Positions 9,951 through 18,734 of a stretch of DNA of 64,000 nucleotides are shown here, piece by piece. Under the pieces are notes generated by a model. The model was not told where the DNA came from, did not search any database, and saw only the letters and a list, made by a program, of their open reading frames with translations. This DNA is from an uncultured Clostridia bacterium (GTDB lineage Bacteria > Bacillota > Clostridia > Christensenellales > DTU072): assembly GCA_944371785.1 (NCBI GenBank), contig CALVXZ010000002.1:3033-67032 (forward strand), read 5' to 3'. Made by a program: the position numbers and the translations under genes. Position 1 is the stretch's first letter. Every line of letters begins with the position of its first letter.

Positions 9951-10540
9951 AATGGTGGCAATAAGCCCAGTAAACCTTGCGCCATCAGGTTCGGTAGGGT
10001 TTCCCTGCCGCCCACCCGTCGTCGCCGTCCGGGCAGTTTCCTTTTAAGGGCGGTAATACGTGATTACTCATGGTATAACCGAATCGCCACTTAGTGCACA
10101 CTATAATCCTCGGCTTAAAACAGTCTAGAAAATTTCTTTTACAGATTTGGTACAATTTATCCTCTTTTGCAAAGAAGGTTTCATAGGCAGAGACCGAAAC
10201 AGATCGCGAACCCGTCTCGGTCCGATACCCTAATTCACGCGACTTCACTCAAGGCAAGCTACACTGCACACAGCTTTTGATTACCGCATTGCAGGTTTAA
10301 TCCCATTCAGTAGAGTTCGCGCAAATAAAATTCGCGCTTCCTCCACCGATATAGGTCTCCACGGTAATTGGGTCGTCACCGATATGCCGTTATCGGTCGC
10401 CCAAGAACCTTAACTCCCAGCATCAACCCACGTTTGGGCAACGTAAGCAAACACAAGAAACTTCATCGATATGCTCTTTAACGGTATTTTAACCCCGCCT
10501 TCGATTGTACCGCACCTGACTAGAATACTGCACCACCATT
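9951..10540 (-). ncRNA. Large structured non-coding RNA, probable OLE (ornate, large, extremophilic) RNA
   Basis: ~590-nt gap with no credible ORF. The termini pair (5' AAUGGUGG at 10540-10533 with CCACCAUU at 9958-9951). There are many nested GC helices, e.g. CCGCCC...(GCCCG...CGGGU)...GGGCGG and GCGCGAA-UUUUA-UUUGCGC. It has its own sigma-A promoter. The gene order RNA/4-TM protein/tlyA/nadK/argR/recN matches the published OLE-oapA neighbourhood. Confidence 0.55.
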
Positions 10541-10555
10541 ATTCAATTTGTATAT

Positions 10556-10584
10556 AGTATACCATAAACTTACGGAATATGCAA
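10556..10584 (-). promoter_or_regulatory. Sigma-A promoter driving the large ncRNA
   Basis: The minus strand reads TTGCAT, 17 nt, (TGg)TATACT. The predicted TSS is about 10 nt upstream of the RNA closing helix. Confidence 0.45.
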
Positions 10585-10724
10585 ATGAAGTAAATATCTT
10601 TTTTATACGTTTCCCGCCGCATAGCTTTAAAAACGGAATTTATTCGGACATAAATCGTGCGTGGAATTTTAAACTTTACGACAAATTCCGCACTTTTCGG
10701 ACGCGCGCGGCATATACTTCAATT

Positions 10725-11426
10725 ATGATATTGGAAGGATTTTTCGCGCTCCTCAGCAACGTTATGATTCTTACCGCCGGGATAGATTCTCATAATTCTT
10801 TTCCCCGGCCTCTGTCAAAAGAAAAAGAACGCGAATTTTTGTTAAAGGCGGCATCGGGCGATAAATCCGCAAAAGACGCTTTGGTAAAACACAACCTGAG
10901 GCTTGTGGCGTACATAGCCAAAAAGTACGTCAACTACCCCGACAAAGACGAATTGCTTTCGGTGGGTACGGTCGGGCTGATAAAAGCCATAAATTCGTAT
11001 ACTCCGGAAAAATCCGCCACTTTGGCGACTTACGCATCGCGGTGTATCGAAAACGAAATATTGATGGCTATGCGCGGATACAAAAAGCGCAGGAACGATA
11101 TCTCCATTTACGAAAAAGTGGGCACGGACCGCGAAGAAGGCGACGTGACTCTGGCGGATATGCTCAGTATGGAAGAAGATTCCGTCTGGGCAAAGATCGA
11201 AAACGGCTTTTTAAAGGAGCTTTTGACCAAACTTATCGAAGAAAACCTGACAGAACGCGAAAAATTCCTGATACTTTCAAGGTTCGGCATAGATTCCGGA
11301 TCCCCCAAGACCCAACAGCAGACCGCAAAGCTGATGGGTATTTCCAGAAGCTACGTTTCCAGAATAGAAAAAGCGGCTCTGGAAAAACTCCGCGCCGCCA
11401 TAAAACGTGAAAATTTGGAATTTTAG
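10725..11426 (+). CDS. sigK: Pro-sigma-K, late mother-cell sporulation sigma factor (uninterrupted)
   Basis: MILEGFFALLSNVMILTAGIDSHNSFPRPLS aligns with the B. subtilis pro-sigma-K leader and cleavage region (..NNAFPQPLS). HNLRLVAYIAKKY and ATYASRCIENEILM are the SigE/SigK-type regions 2 and 3. The upstream 59 codons of the ORF track overlap the ncRNA promoter and were trimmed. Confidence 0.8.
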   Translation: MILEGFFALLSNVMILTAGIDSHNSFPRPLSKEKEREFLLKAASGDKSAKDALVKHNLRLVAYIAKKYVNYPDKDELLSVGTVGLIKAINSYTPEKSATLATYASRCIENEILMAMRGYKKRRNDISIYEKVGTDREEGDVTLADMLSMEEDSVWAKIENGFLKELLTKLIEENLTEREKFLILSRFGIDSGSPKTQQQTAKLMGISRSYVSRIEKAALEKLRAAIKRENLEF

Positions 11427-12260
11427 TTAAAAATCGCAGGCGATCTCGAATGATTTTCCGCTGAGCGCGGAAAGAATATTGTCTTTCGGAACGTTTCCGA
11501 AAGACAGCTTCACCGCGGTAAGATACTGCCGTTTCGCGCGCATCGCGCGGTTTATTTCGAAATCGCCGTATTTGGTGTCCCCCAACACGGGACAGCCCAA
11601 AAATGCCGTATGTGCGCGGATCTGATGCGTTTTTCCCGTATACAGGCGTATCCTGCAAAGATACAATGAACCGTCGCGTTTTTCGACGACTTCCAAGCCC
11701 GTGCGTATCTGTTCGTATCCCGGCTTCGGCGACGGAGAAATTTCAACTTTCCCCTCTTTGCCGTCCTTTTTCAGATAAGCCGTGTAAACGCCGTCTTTCG
11801 GGCGGATCCCGCACAGCAGAGCCATATAATATTTTTCTACAGCGCCCGCCCTGAAAAGCTCCACCGCCGCTCTGAACGCCTCCTCGCTCTTTGCGAGCAT
11901 CAGAATACCGCGCGTGTTGGTATCCAATCTGTGCACGGGCAGGAATCTGCCGCCGCGCTCTTCGGAAACGAGTGCGGCAAAATTTTTGGTTTCCGTGCCT
12001 CTGGGTTTTACCGCGATCAGGATATCCTTGTCTTCGTAAACGCTTTCGGAACGGAACGAAGACGACCCTTCGGCGGAAAAGATTTCCACCTTATCCCCGG
12101 GGTTTATGAAAACGTCTTTTTTAACGCGTTTGGAATTGACTTTGACCCTGCCTTCGGACAGCAGCCTTTTAAAAGAAGAATATCCGAGTCCCGGAAGCAT
12201 TTCAGGCAAAAACCTGCCTAATTTTACGGTTTTCGCGCCTTTATAAAGAAAACTTTTCAA
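11427..12260 (-). CDS. RluA-family pseudouridine synthase
   Basis: Contains HRLDTNTRGILMLAKS (catalytic Asp motif), GKTHQIRAH and an N-terminal S4-like region. Confidence 0.8.
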   Translation of the reverse strand: MKSFLYKGAKTVKLGRFLPEMLPGLGYSSFKRLLSEGRVKVNSKRVKKDVFINPGDKVEIFSAEGSSSFRSESVYEDKDILIAVKPRGTETKNFAALVSEERGGRFLPVHRLDTNTRGILMLAKSEEAFRAAVELFRAGAVEKYYMALLCGIRPKDGVYTAYLKKDGKEGKVEISPSPKPGYEQIRTGLEVVEKRDGSLYLCRIRLYTGKTHQIRAHTAFLGCPVLGDTKYGDFEINRAMRAKRQYLTAVKLSFGNVPKDNILSALSGKSFEIACDF

Positions 12261-12261
12261 A

Positions 12262-12729
12262 TCAAACGCCCTCTTTGTCGGATTTTGTAAGCTTCATTAT
12301 CTCTTCCATCAGCGTGTTGATGTCTTTGAACTGCCTGTGAACGGAAGCGAAACGGACGTAAGCGACTTCGTCCAGCTCCTTTAAACCTTCCATAACCAAT
12401 TCGCCGATTTTTTTGGAGGAGATCTCCTGCGCGAGAGTGTTGTTGACCTGTTTTTCGATGTCGGAAACCATTTTGTCGATTTTAGCCATCGAAACCGGTC
12501 TTTTTTCGCAAGCCTTTATAATGCCGTTTTTGATTTTGTTTATATCGAAAATCTGTCTGGTGCCGTTATTTTTAATCACCAGAATGGGCGTAGATTCGAC
12601 CTTTTCGTAAGTTGTATAGCGTTTTCCGCAGGCGGTACATTCCCTGCGTCTTCTGATCGAAGCTCCGTCGTCGGAAAGCCTTGAATCGACGACTTTGCTG
12701 TCCAAATTACCGCAAAACGGACATTTCAT
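12262..12729 (-). CDS. nrdR: Transcriptional repressor NrdR
   Basis: MKCPFCGNLDSKVVDSR zinc ribbon followed by an ATP-cone. Confidence 0.9.
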   Translation of the reverse strand: MKCPFCGNLDSKVVDSRLSDDGASIRRRRECTACGKRYTTYEKVESTPILVIKNNGTRQIFDINKIKNGIIKACEKRPVSMAKIDKMVSDIEKQVNNTLAQEISSKKIGELVMEGLKELDEVAYVRFASVHRQFKDINTLMEEIMKLTKSDKEGV

Positions 12730-12787
12730 AACGTGCCTTCCTGAATTTTTGTCTATATTATATCAAAAAGGCGTAGTTTTGTAAAGT

Positions 12788-13057
12788 TTATTTGGCGAGT
12801 TCCCTGCCTACGGGCTTAAGTTCCGCCAGGATGACGTCGTCGCCTATTTTAACTATGTTGTTCCACGGTATAAAAATAGATTCGCCGCCCGAAAAATTTT
12901 TAAAAAACTTCTTTTCGCCCGCCGCCACCAATCCGATGACTTTCCCGGTGCAATGAATGGCTATGTCGACTATCCGTCCCAGCTGTTTGCCGTCGGATAT
13001 ATTGACGACGTCTTTTTCTCTCAATTCGCAAAAGGTATAATCGATTCCCTCGCTCAT
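12788..13057 (-). CDS. YlmC/YmxH-family sporulation protein (PRC-barrel)
   Basis: 89 aa with CELREKDVVNISDGKQLGRIVDIAI, typical of YlmC/YmxH. It sits adjacent to sigG, as in many Firmicutes. Confidence 0.75.
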   Translation of the reverse strand: MSEGIDYTFCELREKDVVNISDGKQLGRIVDIAIHCTGKVIGLVAAGEKKFFKNFSGGESIFIPWNNIVKIGDDVILAELKPVGRELAK

Positions 13058-13106
13058 TTATGTAAACTCCGCTGCATACATAAATTTTATGCCGGCGGAG
13101 TCCGGG

Positions 13107-13877
13107 TCAGAACGAAATCTCGAATGAATTTTTCAGCCTGTCCAAGGCGGATTTTTCAAGACGACTGACCTGTGCCTGAGACATTCCCAGAGCCCGCGCT
13201 ATTTCGGTTTGGGTAGCGCCCGAATAGTAGCGCAGTACGATGACCTTCTTTTCCCTTTCCGGCAAAGATTCGACGCCCTCTTTCAAAACGATTCTTTCCG
13301 AATAGTCTTTTTCGCACGCGGGGTCTTTTACAAGGTCTATCAGCTCGGTGGAATCCTCGTCGCCGTAAGCTTCCGAATACAGCGATTGAGGTTCGGTAAG
13401 CGCGTCCAATGCGCTGACTACTTCGTATCCCGAAACTCCCAATTCTTCGGCAATTTCGTTCAGCGAAGCCTCGTGAGGGCTTTTGGATTCAATTGCTTCC
13501 CTCGCTTTAACGGCTCTGAACGCGATGTCTCTGACGTTTCTGCCTACTTTGAACGCCGTCGATTCACGGATAAATCTGCGTATCTCTCCGAGTATCATCG
13601 GTATTGCATAAGTCGAGAATCTGACCCCCAAGGCGGCGTCGAAATTGTCCAAAGACTTCATTAATCCGAGCATTCCCACCTGAAAAAGTTCGTCCGGGCT
13701 CTGTTTTGCCGACCTGAAACGTTGAACGGCGCTTAATACGAGTCTGGCGTTGGCAAGCAGAAACTTTTCCCTTAGATCGGTTCTGCCGCTTTTGATGAGT
13801 TTCAGCGTACGTTCTTGTTCTTGTCTGTCCATAACGGGCAGTTCTTCGGTCCTTACTCCTGTAACTTTTCTTACCAC
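13107..13877 (-). CDS. sigG: Sporulation sigma factor SigG (forespore, late)
   Basis: Aligns along its length with B. subtilis SigG (..LPVL..., NARLVLSAVQRF, FSTYAIPMILGEIRRFIRE). GTG start with an AGGAGG RBS. It is located directly after sigE. Confidence 0.8.
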   Translation of the reverse strand: MVRKVTGVRTEELPVMDRQEQERTLKLIKSGRTDLREKFLLANARLVLSAVQRFRSAKQSPDELFQVGMLGLMKSLDNFDAALGVRFSTYAIPMILGEIRRFIRESTAFKVGRNVRDIAFRAVKAREAIESKSPHEASLNEIAEELGVSGYEVVSALDALTEPQSLYSEAYGDEDSTELIDLVKDPACEKDYSERIVLKEGVESLPEREKKVIVLRYYSGATQTEIARALGMSQAQVSRLEKSALDRLKNSFEISF

Positions 13878-13926
13878 AGGGATGCCTCCTATGCGGTAAG
13901 TATGTCCCCGTAAACAACTTTTATTA

Positions 13927-14640
13927 TCAATTATTCCATTTTTCTTCCTGCTTTTTGTATTCCTGTTTGAGTTTGCCGATTATCCTCTTTTCCAATCGGC
14001 TGATATACGATTGAGAAATGTTCATCATATCGGCTATCTCTTTTTGAGTGCGCTCCTTTTCCCCGAACAGTCCGTAACGCATTTTGACTATCGCCCTGTC
14101 TCTTTCGCTCAGCCCCGAATAAAGTTCGCGGATAAGCTGTAATTCGACTTCCGATTCCATTTCTTTGTAGACCTCTCCGCCGTCGGTACCCAACACGTCG
14201 GAAAGCAACAGCTTGTTTCCCTCCCAATCGACGTTTAACGGTTCGTCCAGGCTGAGTTCGTTCCTCGTCTTCAACATCTTCCTTAGATACATCAGGATTT
14301 CGTTTTCGATACACCTGGAAGCGTAAGTCGCAAGTTTTATCTTTTTGTCGCCGTTATACGAACGCACCGCCTTTATCAGTCCCATGGTGCCGACGGAGAT
14401 GAGTTCTTCCTGATCCACTCCCGTGTTGTCGAAGCGTTTGGCTATGTACACCACAAGCCGCAGGTTGTGTTCTATCAGCGTGTTGAAAGCGTCCTTGTCG
14501 CCTTCCGCGTTCAGCTGCAGATATTTCTGCTCCTCCTCCGCGTCCAAAGGACTCGGCAGCGCAACCATATAATCGAGTTCGCTTTCGGAAGCGAAAAACC
14601 TGTTTATAAACTCTTTGAGTCTTTTGAATATTTTAAGCAT
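13927..14640 (-). CDS. sigE: Pro-sigma-E, early mother-cell sporulation sigma factor
   Basis: Pro-sequence followed by ALPSPLDAEEEQKYL, HNLRLVVYIAKRF and KLATYASRCIENEILMYLRK. It lies downstream of spoIIGA. Confidence 0.85.
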   Translation of the reverse strand: MLKIFKRLKEFINRFFASESELDYMVALPSPLDAEEEQKYLQLNAEGDKDAFNTLIEHNLRLVVYIAKRFDNTGVDQEELISVGTMGLIKAVRSYNGDKKIKLATYASRCIENEILMYLRKMLKTRNELSLDEPLNVDWEGNKLLLSDVLGTDGGEVYKEMESEVELQLIRELYSGLSERDRAIVKMRYGLFGEKERTQKEIADMMNISQSYISRLEKRIIGKLKQEYKKQEEKWNN

Positions 14641-15377
14641 TTATCCTCCTTTTGAACGGCGTCCGCCATTTCGCCGTGCAACAATACGTCCTGCCCGAAT
14701 CCGATTTTATCCGATATCACCACGGGAGTACTGTATAGCTTATGTTTATTTTTGTCGTAATATATCCTATACGTCGCCCTGCATGACGGTAGTGCTTTTA
14801 CCCCGGCTACAGTCTTTACGAATATGCTTGCGTCCGCCTTCAGCCCCGCCCTCTCCGCGGCGGCGCGGGATACGACTATTACGGGCTCTCCTTTTTCGTA
14901 CAGCCTGTTCCCCGTATCCAAAAATCCGCGGAATACGCATTCGCCTTTATCGGTCACGAACGCCACGCGGTAACTCAGTTTTTCCGCGGAAAACCGCTTT
15001 CCCGTTTCGTACGCCAAAGAAAACACCGCGGGAACGCTGCCCGAAAGTACGAAACCCCATTCGTCGGTTATGCCGGTAAAGTTGCTCCTGAGATATTCCA
15101 AACCGAATATCGCCAAACAAATTATGATAAAATTTACGGATAATTTCGTAAATTCAGTAAATTTTAATTCTTTTTTTACTATCAGCAGAGCCGATAAAAT
15201 CAACGATATCTTATAGACGGCAGGCGAAAGCGTTTGGACGTCGGCGTCCGCAAGACACAACAAAGCCGCCGAAAACAATTCCCGGATAACTACGCCGTTC
15301 AGCGGCAAAGCCGCGGCGTAAACTATTAAGAATGCGACGGCATAACTGCCGAAAATTTCCGTTATTATATCGTTCAT
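14604..15377 (-). CDS. spoIIGA: Sigma-E processing peptidase SpoIIGA
   Basis: Five N-terminal TM helices plus a C-terminal aspartic protease motif GFLDTGN. The spoIIGA-sigE-sigG order is conserved. Confidence 0.75.
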   Translation of the reverse strand: MNDIITEIFGSYAVAFLIVYAAALPLNGVVIRELFSAALLCLADADVQTLSPAVYKISLILSALLIVKKELKFTEFTKLSVNFIIICLAIFGLEYLRSNFTGITDEWGFVLSGSVPAVFSLAYETGKRFSAEKLSYRVAFVTDKGECVFRGFLDTGNRLYEKGEPVIVVSRAAAERAGLKADASIFVKTVAGVKALPSCRATYRIYYDKNKHKLYSTPVVISDKIGFGQDVLLHGEMADAVQKEDKCLKYSKDSKSL

Positions 15378-15380
15378 GTC

Positions 15381-15414
15381 GAAAAAAAGAGCCGACCCTA
15401 TCCGGTCCGGCTCT
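15381..15414 (-). terminator. Rho-independent terminator after ftsZ
   Basis: AGAGCCG...CGGCTCT stem followed on the minus strand by T7. It ends 4 nt before the spoIIGA ATG. Confidence 0.6.
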
Positions 15415-15459
15415 TCATTTGCGTAATCAGTATGTCGGTATGATCTTTTCGGCTTCCGC

Positions 15460-16659
15460 CTATTTTTTATCGCGCAATCTCTGCAGGAACGGAGGCACGG
15501 CTTTGTCCTGTTGCAGATCGCGGTAGCTCTGCGGTTCGGGCTTTACTTCGCGTTCGCTTCTGTCGGAAGAAAATCCGTACATGGAATCGACTTTCCTGAT
15601 ATCTTCCTGACGCATGGAATTCAACATTCCGCGAGGCGCCTGGTATATCGGAGAGCTTTCGTCGGGGGATTCGAACCCGGTTGCGATGATGGTGATCATG
15701 ACTTCGTCGTCCAGGGTTTCGTCGATGCCCGTTCCGAAAATGATCTTTGCGTTAGGATCGACGACTTCGCGAACCAACGCCACGGAATTGGTGACTTCGT
15801 CGATAGTGATCGTGGCGTCGCCGGATACGTAAACTATCACGCCGGTAGCGCCCTTTATATTGGTTTCCAGCAACGGAGATTGAACAGCCTGACGTACGGC
15901 GTCCAAAGTGCGGTTGTCGCCTTTGCCCTTGCCGATACCGATGTGAGCGTTGCCTTTGGCTTTCATGACCGCTTTTATGTCGGCAAAATCGAGGTTTATC
16001 AGCGCGGGAGTCTGGATTATTTCGGTAATTCCCAATATGCCCTGTTTCAAAACGTCGTCGGCGACTTTGAAAGCCTGTACCAAAGGAGTGCCCTTCGGAA
16101 CGTAGTATTGAATCTTTTCGTTAGGGATGACCAACAGAGTGTCTACGACTCCCCTGAGTTTTTCTATACCGGCGTTGGCGTTTTCCATTCTGACTTTGCC
16201 TTCGAAGGTTTCGAAAGGCTTCGTAACGACGGCAATCGTCAGTATATTCATATCCTTTGCCATTTTGGCGATGACGGGAGCGGCTCCCGTACCCGTACCG
16301 CCGCCCATGCCTGCCGCTATGAACAGCAAATCGGTATCTTTTAATATTTCGGCTATCGCGTCTTTGGATTCTTCCGCCGCCCTTGCGCCTATTTCGGGAT
16401 CGGCACCGGCTCCCAAACCTTTCGTCAGAGCCGAACCGAGCTGTATCTTATATTGCGCACGACTGAGGTTCAATGCCTGCATATCGGTATTCGCCGCAAT
16501 GAACGTGCAGGAGGTGACTCCCGCCAATATCATACGGTTAACGGCATTGCCGCCGCCTCCGCCTACGCCGATCACCTTTATCCTTGCCATACCGAAAGAA
16601 TTGTTCTGTCCCATCGGTTGGAGTCCCAAGCCATCCCCCATCGAGTATGTATCGCTCAT
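15460..16659 (-). CDS. ftsZ: Cell division protein FtsZ
   Basis: Contains GVGGGGGNAVNRM, GGGTGTGAAPVIA (tubulin signature) and a C-terminal conserved peptide. Confidence 0.95.
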   Translation of the reverse strand: MSDTYSMGDGLGLQPMGQNNSFGMARIKVIGVGGGGGNAVNRMILAGVTSCTFIAANTDMQALNLSRAQYKIQLGSALTKGLGAGADPEIGARAAEESKDAIAEILKDTDLLFIAAGMGGGTGTGAAPVIAKMAKDMNILTIAVVTKPFETFEGKVRMENANAGIEKLRGVVDTLLVIPNEKIQYYVPKGTPLVQAFKVADDVLKQGILGITEIIQTPALINLDFADIKAVMKAKGNAHIGIGKGKGDNRTLDAVRQAVQSPLLETNIKGATGVIVYVSGDATITIDEVTNSVALVREVVDPNAKIIFGTGIDETLDDEVMITIIATGFESPDESSPIYQAPRGMLNSMRQEDIRKVDSMYGFSSDRSEREVKPEPQSYRDLQQDKAVPPFLQRLRDKK

Positions 16660-17831
16660 TTTCTAAGCCTCCTTGCGAGTTTGTCCTTAAATGTATTTAA
16701 AAATCCAAACGTTCCTTCGCGTCTGGTGATTTTTTTGCGCTGTGCGTTGATAAGCCCCGCCAGCGAAGAATATCCGGGTTTATTGAAGGGCACTATATCG
16801 GGCGAAGTTATCTCTACCTTGCGGCCGGTAACGCGTTCGATGATCTCTTTTGCCCCCGGCATATTTTCAAAGCAGGAACCCGTCAGCACGATCCCGGCGT
16901 CTTCGGGCAGAGCGAACGGGAAAGTATCCGCAGCGGCGATAATACCGCGAGCGATGTCTTCCACCTTGCCTGCCGCCATCTCGTTTATCTTCGAAATGTC
17001 GTATTCTTTGTTTTCGCCCTCCGAAGTAGTGACGAAATATTTTTCGCCGCCCACGGGATGCAGATTGAAATTCAGCTTTCCGACTATCTTTAAAGCGGCT
17101 TCGTAAGGGATGCCCGCCCTCATGGTAAGTTCGGCGGCGATATGCCCTTTCCCCATGGAAAAAGCCTTTAATCCCAACAATCCGTCGCCGTATGCGTAAG
17201 CGACGCCGGTGGAAATGTATCCTGCGTCCACAACCAACGCGCCGGTATCGCGCATGGATTCGGGAACGACGTACATGACTTCCGCCAACATATCGGACAT
17301 ATATTCGAATTTTACGTCGGCATATTCGGAAATCTTATCGAAAAGCGCGACAAAAGAGTTTACGCAATAAACGTAACTCATCATACATTTCAATTTCGTC
17401 GTGGTGATTCCGTAAGGAGTGATCTCGGCTTTTCCGGAATCGGGAATAAACCACACCGGAGCGGCGGAAATGACCGTGTATTCGGAATTCGAAGCCGGAG
17501 GTTCGGAGATCAGATCGTCCACGTCCTTTTCGGTAACTTTTTTCGGGATCGTGAAATCGACTTCCCTTTCGGATACGGTAGCCGAAGTGAATTCGGCGGG
17601 AACGCCCACCATAATTTCTTCGGGATCGCAAAAAGTCGTTTTTCTGCAACGGTCTATCAGCGATCTGACCGTGCCGATCAGTTCGTCTTTGTTCAAAAAC
17701 TCGCCGTCCTGAAAACCGGAATAAGAACGGGAATCGTGAAAAGCAAAGCTTTCCGAAAACTTCCTGTCCTGCATTACCAGCGTAATAGTATCCGATTGAA
17801 TATCCAAAACAGCGGTTTTTTTGTTACTCAT
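16656..17831 (-). CDS. ftsA: Cell division protein FtsA (actin-like ATPase)
   Basis: 391 aa, actin-fold pattern, C-terminal amphipathic helix (FGFLNTFKDKLARRLRK), ATGA overlap with ftsZ. Confidence 0.75.
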   Translation of the reverse strand: MSNKKTAVLDIQSDTITLVMQDRKFSESFAFHDSRSYSGFQDGEFLNKDELIGTVRSLIDRCRKTTFCDPEEIMVGVPAEFTSATVSEREVDFTIPKKVTEKDVDDLISEPPASNSEYTVISAAPVWFIPDSGKAEITPYGITTTKLKCMMSYVYCVNSFVALFDKISEYADVKFEYMSDMLAEVMYVVPESMRDTGALVVDAGYISTGVAYAYGDGLLGLKAFSMGKGHIAAELTMRAGIPYEAALKIVGKLNFNLHPVGGEKYFVTTSEGENKEYDISKINEMAAGKVEDIARGIIAAADTFPFALPEDAGIVLTGSCFENMPGAKEIIERVTGRKVEITSPDIVPFNKPGYSSLAGLINAQRKKITRREGTFGFLNTFKDKLARRLRK

Positions 17832-17883
17832 CGATGGAGCTCCTCGCGCTCACGCGTGTGCCGTACGCGTGTAAATTACTTAA

Positions 17884-17912
17884 ATTATATATTATAAACG
17901 GCTGCTTGTCAA
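17884..17912 (-). promoter_or_regulatory. Consensus sigma-A promoter upstream of ftsA-ftsZ
   Basis: The minus strand reads TTGACA (17912-17907), 17 nt, TATAAT (17889-17884). Confidence 0.5.
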
Positions 17913-18056
17913 CGGAAATTTTACCATTATGGCGATTATTATAAATTAACCGACTTTTCATAATAAATTATTTCAAAGTTCGTCGGATTTTGCCTATAAA
18001 AGCGCTTTAACCGTTTTTTATCCGTTAGTTTGATAAAATCTTATGAAAATTGACGG

Positions 18057-18734
18057 TCAGACGGTTTCGGACAGATACGCTTCGACGTATTCGTCAAAAT
18101 ATTTTGCCGCGTAAAGCCTTTCAGAACGCGGTATCGTCAACGTAAACGCGTTGTTTTCGCGGCAGGCAAACACATATGCGTCCTTTTCAACGGTAAGCGA
18201 AGAAAACATCGACGGCAGATTCGCGGACGACGCCCCTGCCGCGGTCAGCGAACCGAACATTTCGTACATTTCGCGGAAAGGATCGGAATTGAAGGTATTC
18301 GAAACGTTGAGCCCTTTTACGATTATCAAGGAGTTTTTGTCCAGATCGGATTCCGAGGTATGTAAATAAGATTGAAACTCCGTGTCGGTCAGCACATATC
18401 CGGACCCGTCGGAGCGCGCCACCGCAAGTACCGCCGGATTGTAATCGATATATACGGTCATTTTATCGGGAAAGCTGCGGACGACATCGACAATTTCCAC
18501 CGATCTGTCGGGGTAGGCTTTCAGAATGCGCGTTTTAAAGTCTATTTCGTTTACGGACAATACGGAAGTGCCCGTTTCGATACCGAGAACGGAATAAATT
18601 TCGTCGGCTTTCGCCACGGGAGTCCCCTCCGAAAACACGACGTCGACGTATTTGATCCTGCACATGTTTCCGAATATGGCTATGCCTATTATGACCAGCA
18701 CGCCCAAAATCACGGAAATGAGTTTGCTTTTCAC
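18057..18734 (-). CDS. ftsQ: Cell division protein FtsQ/DivIB (POTRA domain)
   Basis: One TM helix followed by a POTRA-like segment (IKYVDVVFSEG...VEIVDVVRSFPDKMTVYIDYNP). Start moved to the GTG at 18734 (VKSKLISVILG...), which overlaps the murA stop. The longer ORF would overlap murA by 170 nt. Confidence 0.6.
   Translation of the reverse strand: MKSKLISVILGVLVIIGIAIFGNMCRIKYVDVVFSEGTPVAKADEIYSVLGIETGTSVLSVNEIDFKTRILKAYPDRSVEIVDVVRSFPDKMTVYIDYNPAVLAVARSDGSGYVLTDTEFQSYLHTSESDLDKNSLIIVKGLNVSNTFNSDPFREMYEMFGSLTAAGASSANLPSMFSSLTVEKDAYVFACRENNAFTLTIPRSERLYAAKYFDEYVEAYLSETV

Noticed and set aside
8977-10047. A 356-aa plus-strand ORF antisense to the OapA-like gene and running into the ncRNA. Similar very long antisense or alternative-frame ORFs occur at 25429-26547, 45551-46792, 46834-47877, 27394-28672, 36700-37500 and 15511-16344.
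   Set aside because: All lie opposite or out of frame to genes with clear family motifs. Their products are low-complexity R/S/P/F-rich strings without motifs or SD sites. These are typical shadow ORFs of a GC-skewed codon usage.
9985-10248. An 87-aa minus-strand ORF inside the 590-nt gap upstream of the OapA-like gene.
   Set aside because: It has no SD and an unremarkable composition. It lies in the middle of a segment whose dominant signal is nested RNA helices in the OLE genomic context, so it is treated as non-coding.
10548-10724. The 59-codon N-terminal extension of the sigK ORF offered by the ORF track.
   Set aside because: It overlaps the divergent ncRNA promoter and is AT-rich and non-homologous. 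The alignment to the B. subtilis pro-sigma-K leader begins at the ATG at 10725.
15377-15383. A perfect Spo0A box (TGTCGAA) overlapping the spoIIGA start codon.
   Set aside because: A 7-mer is expected several times by chance in 64 kb on two strands. Its position on the start codon does not fit known spoIIG promoter architecture.
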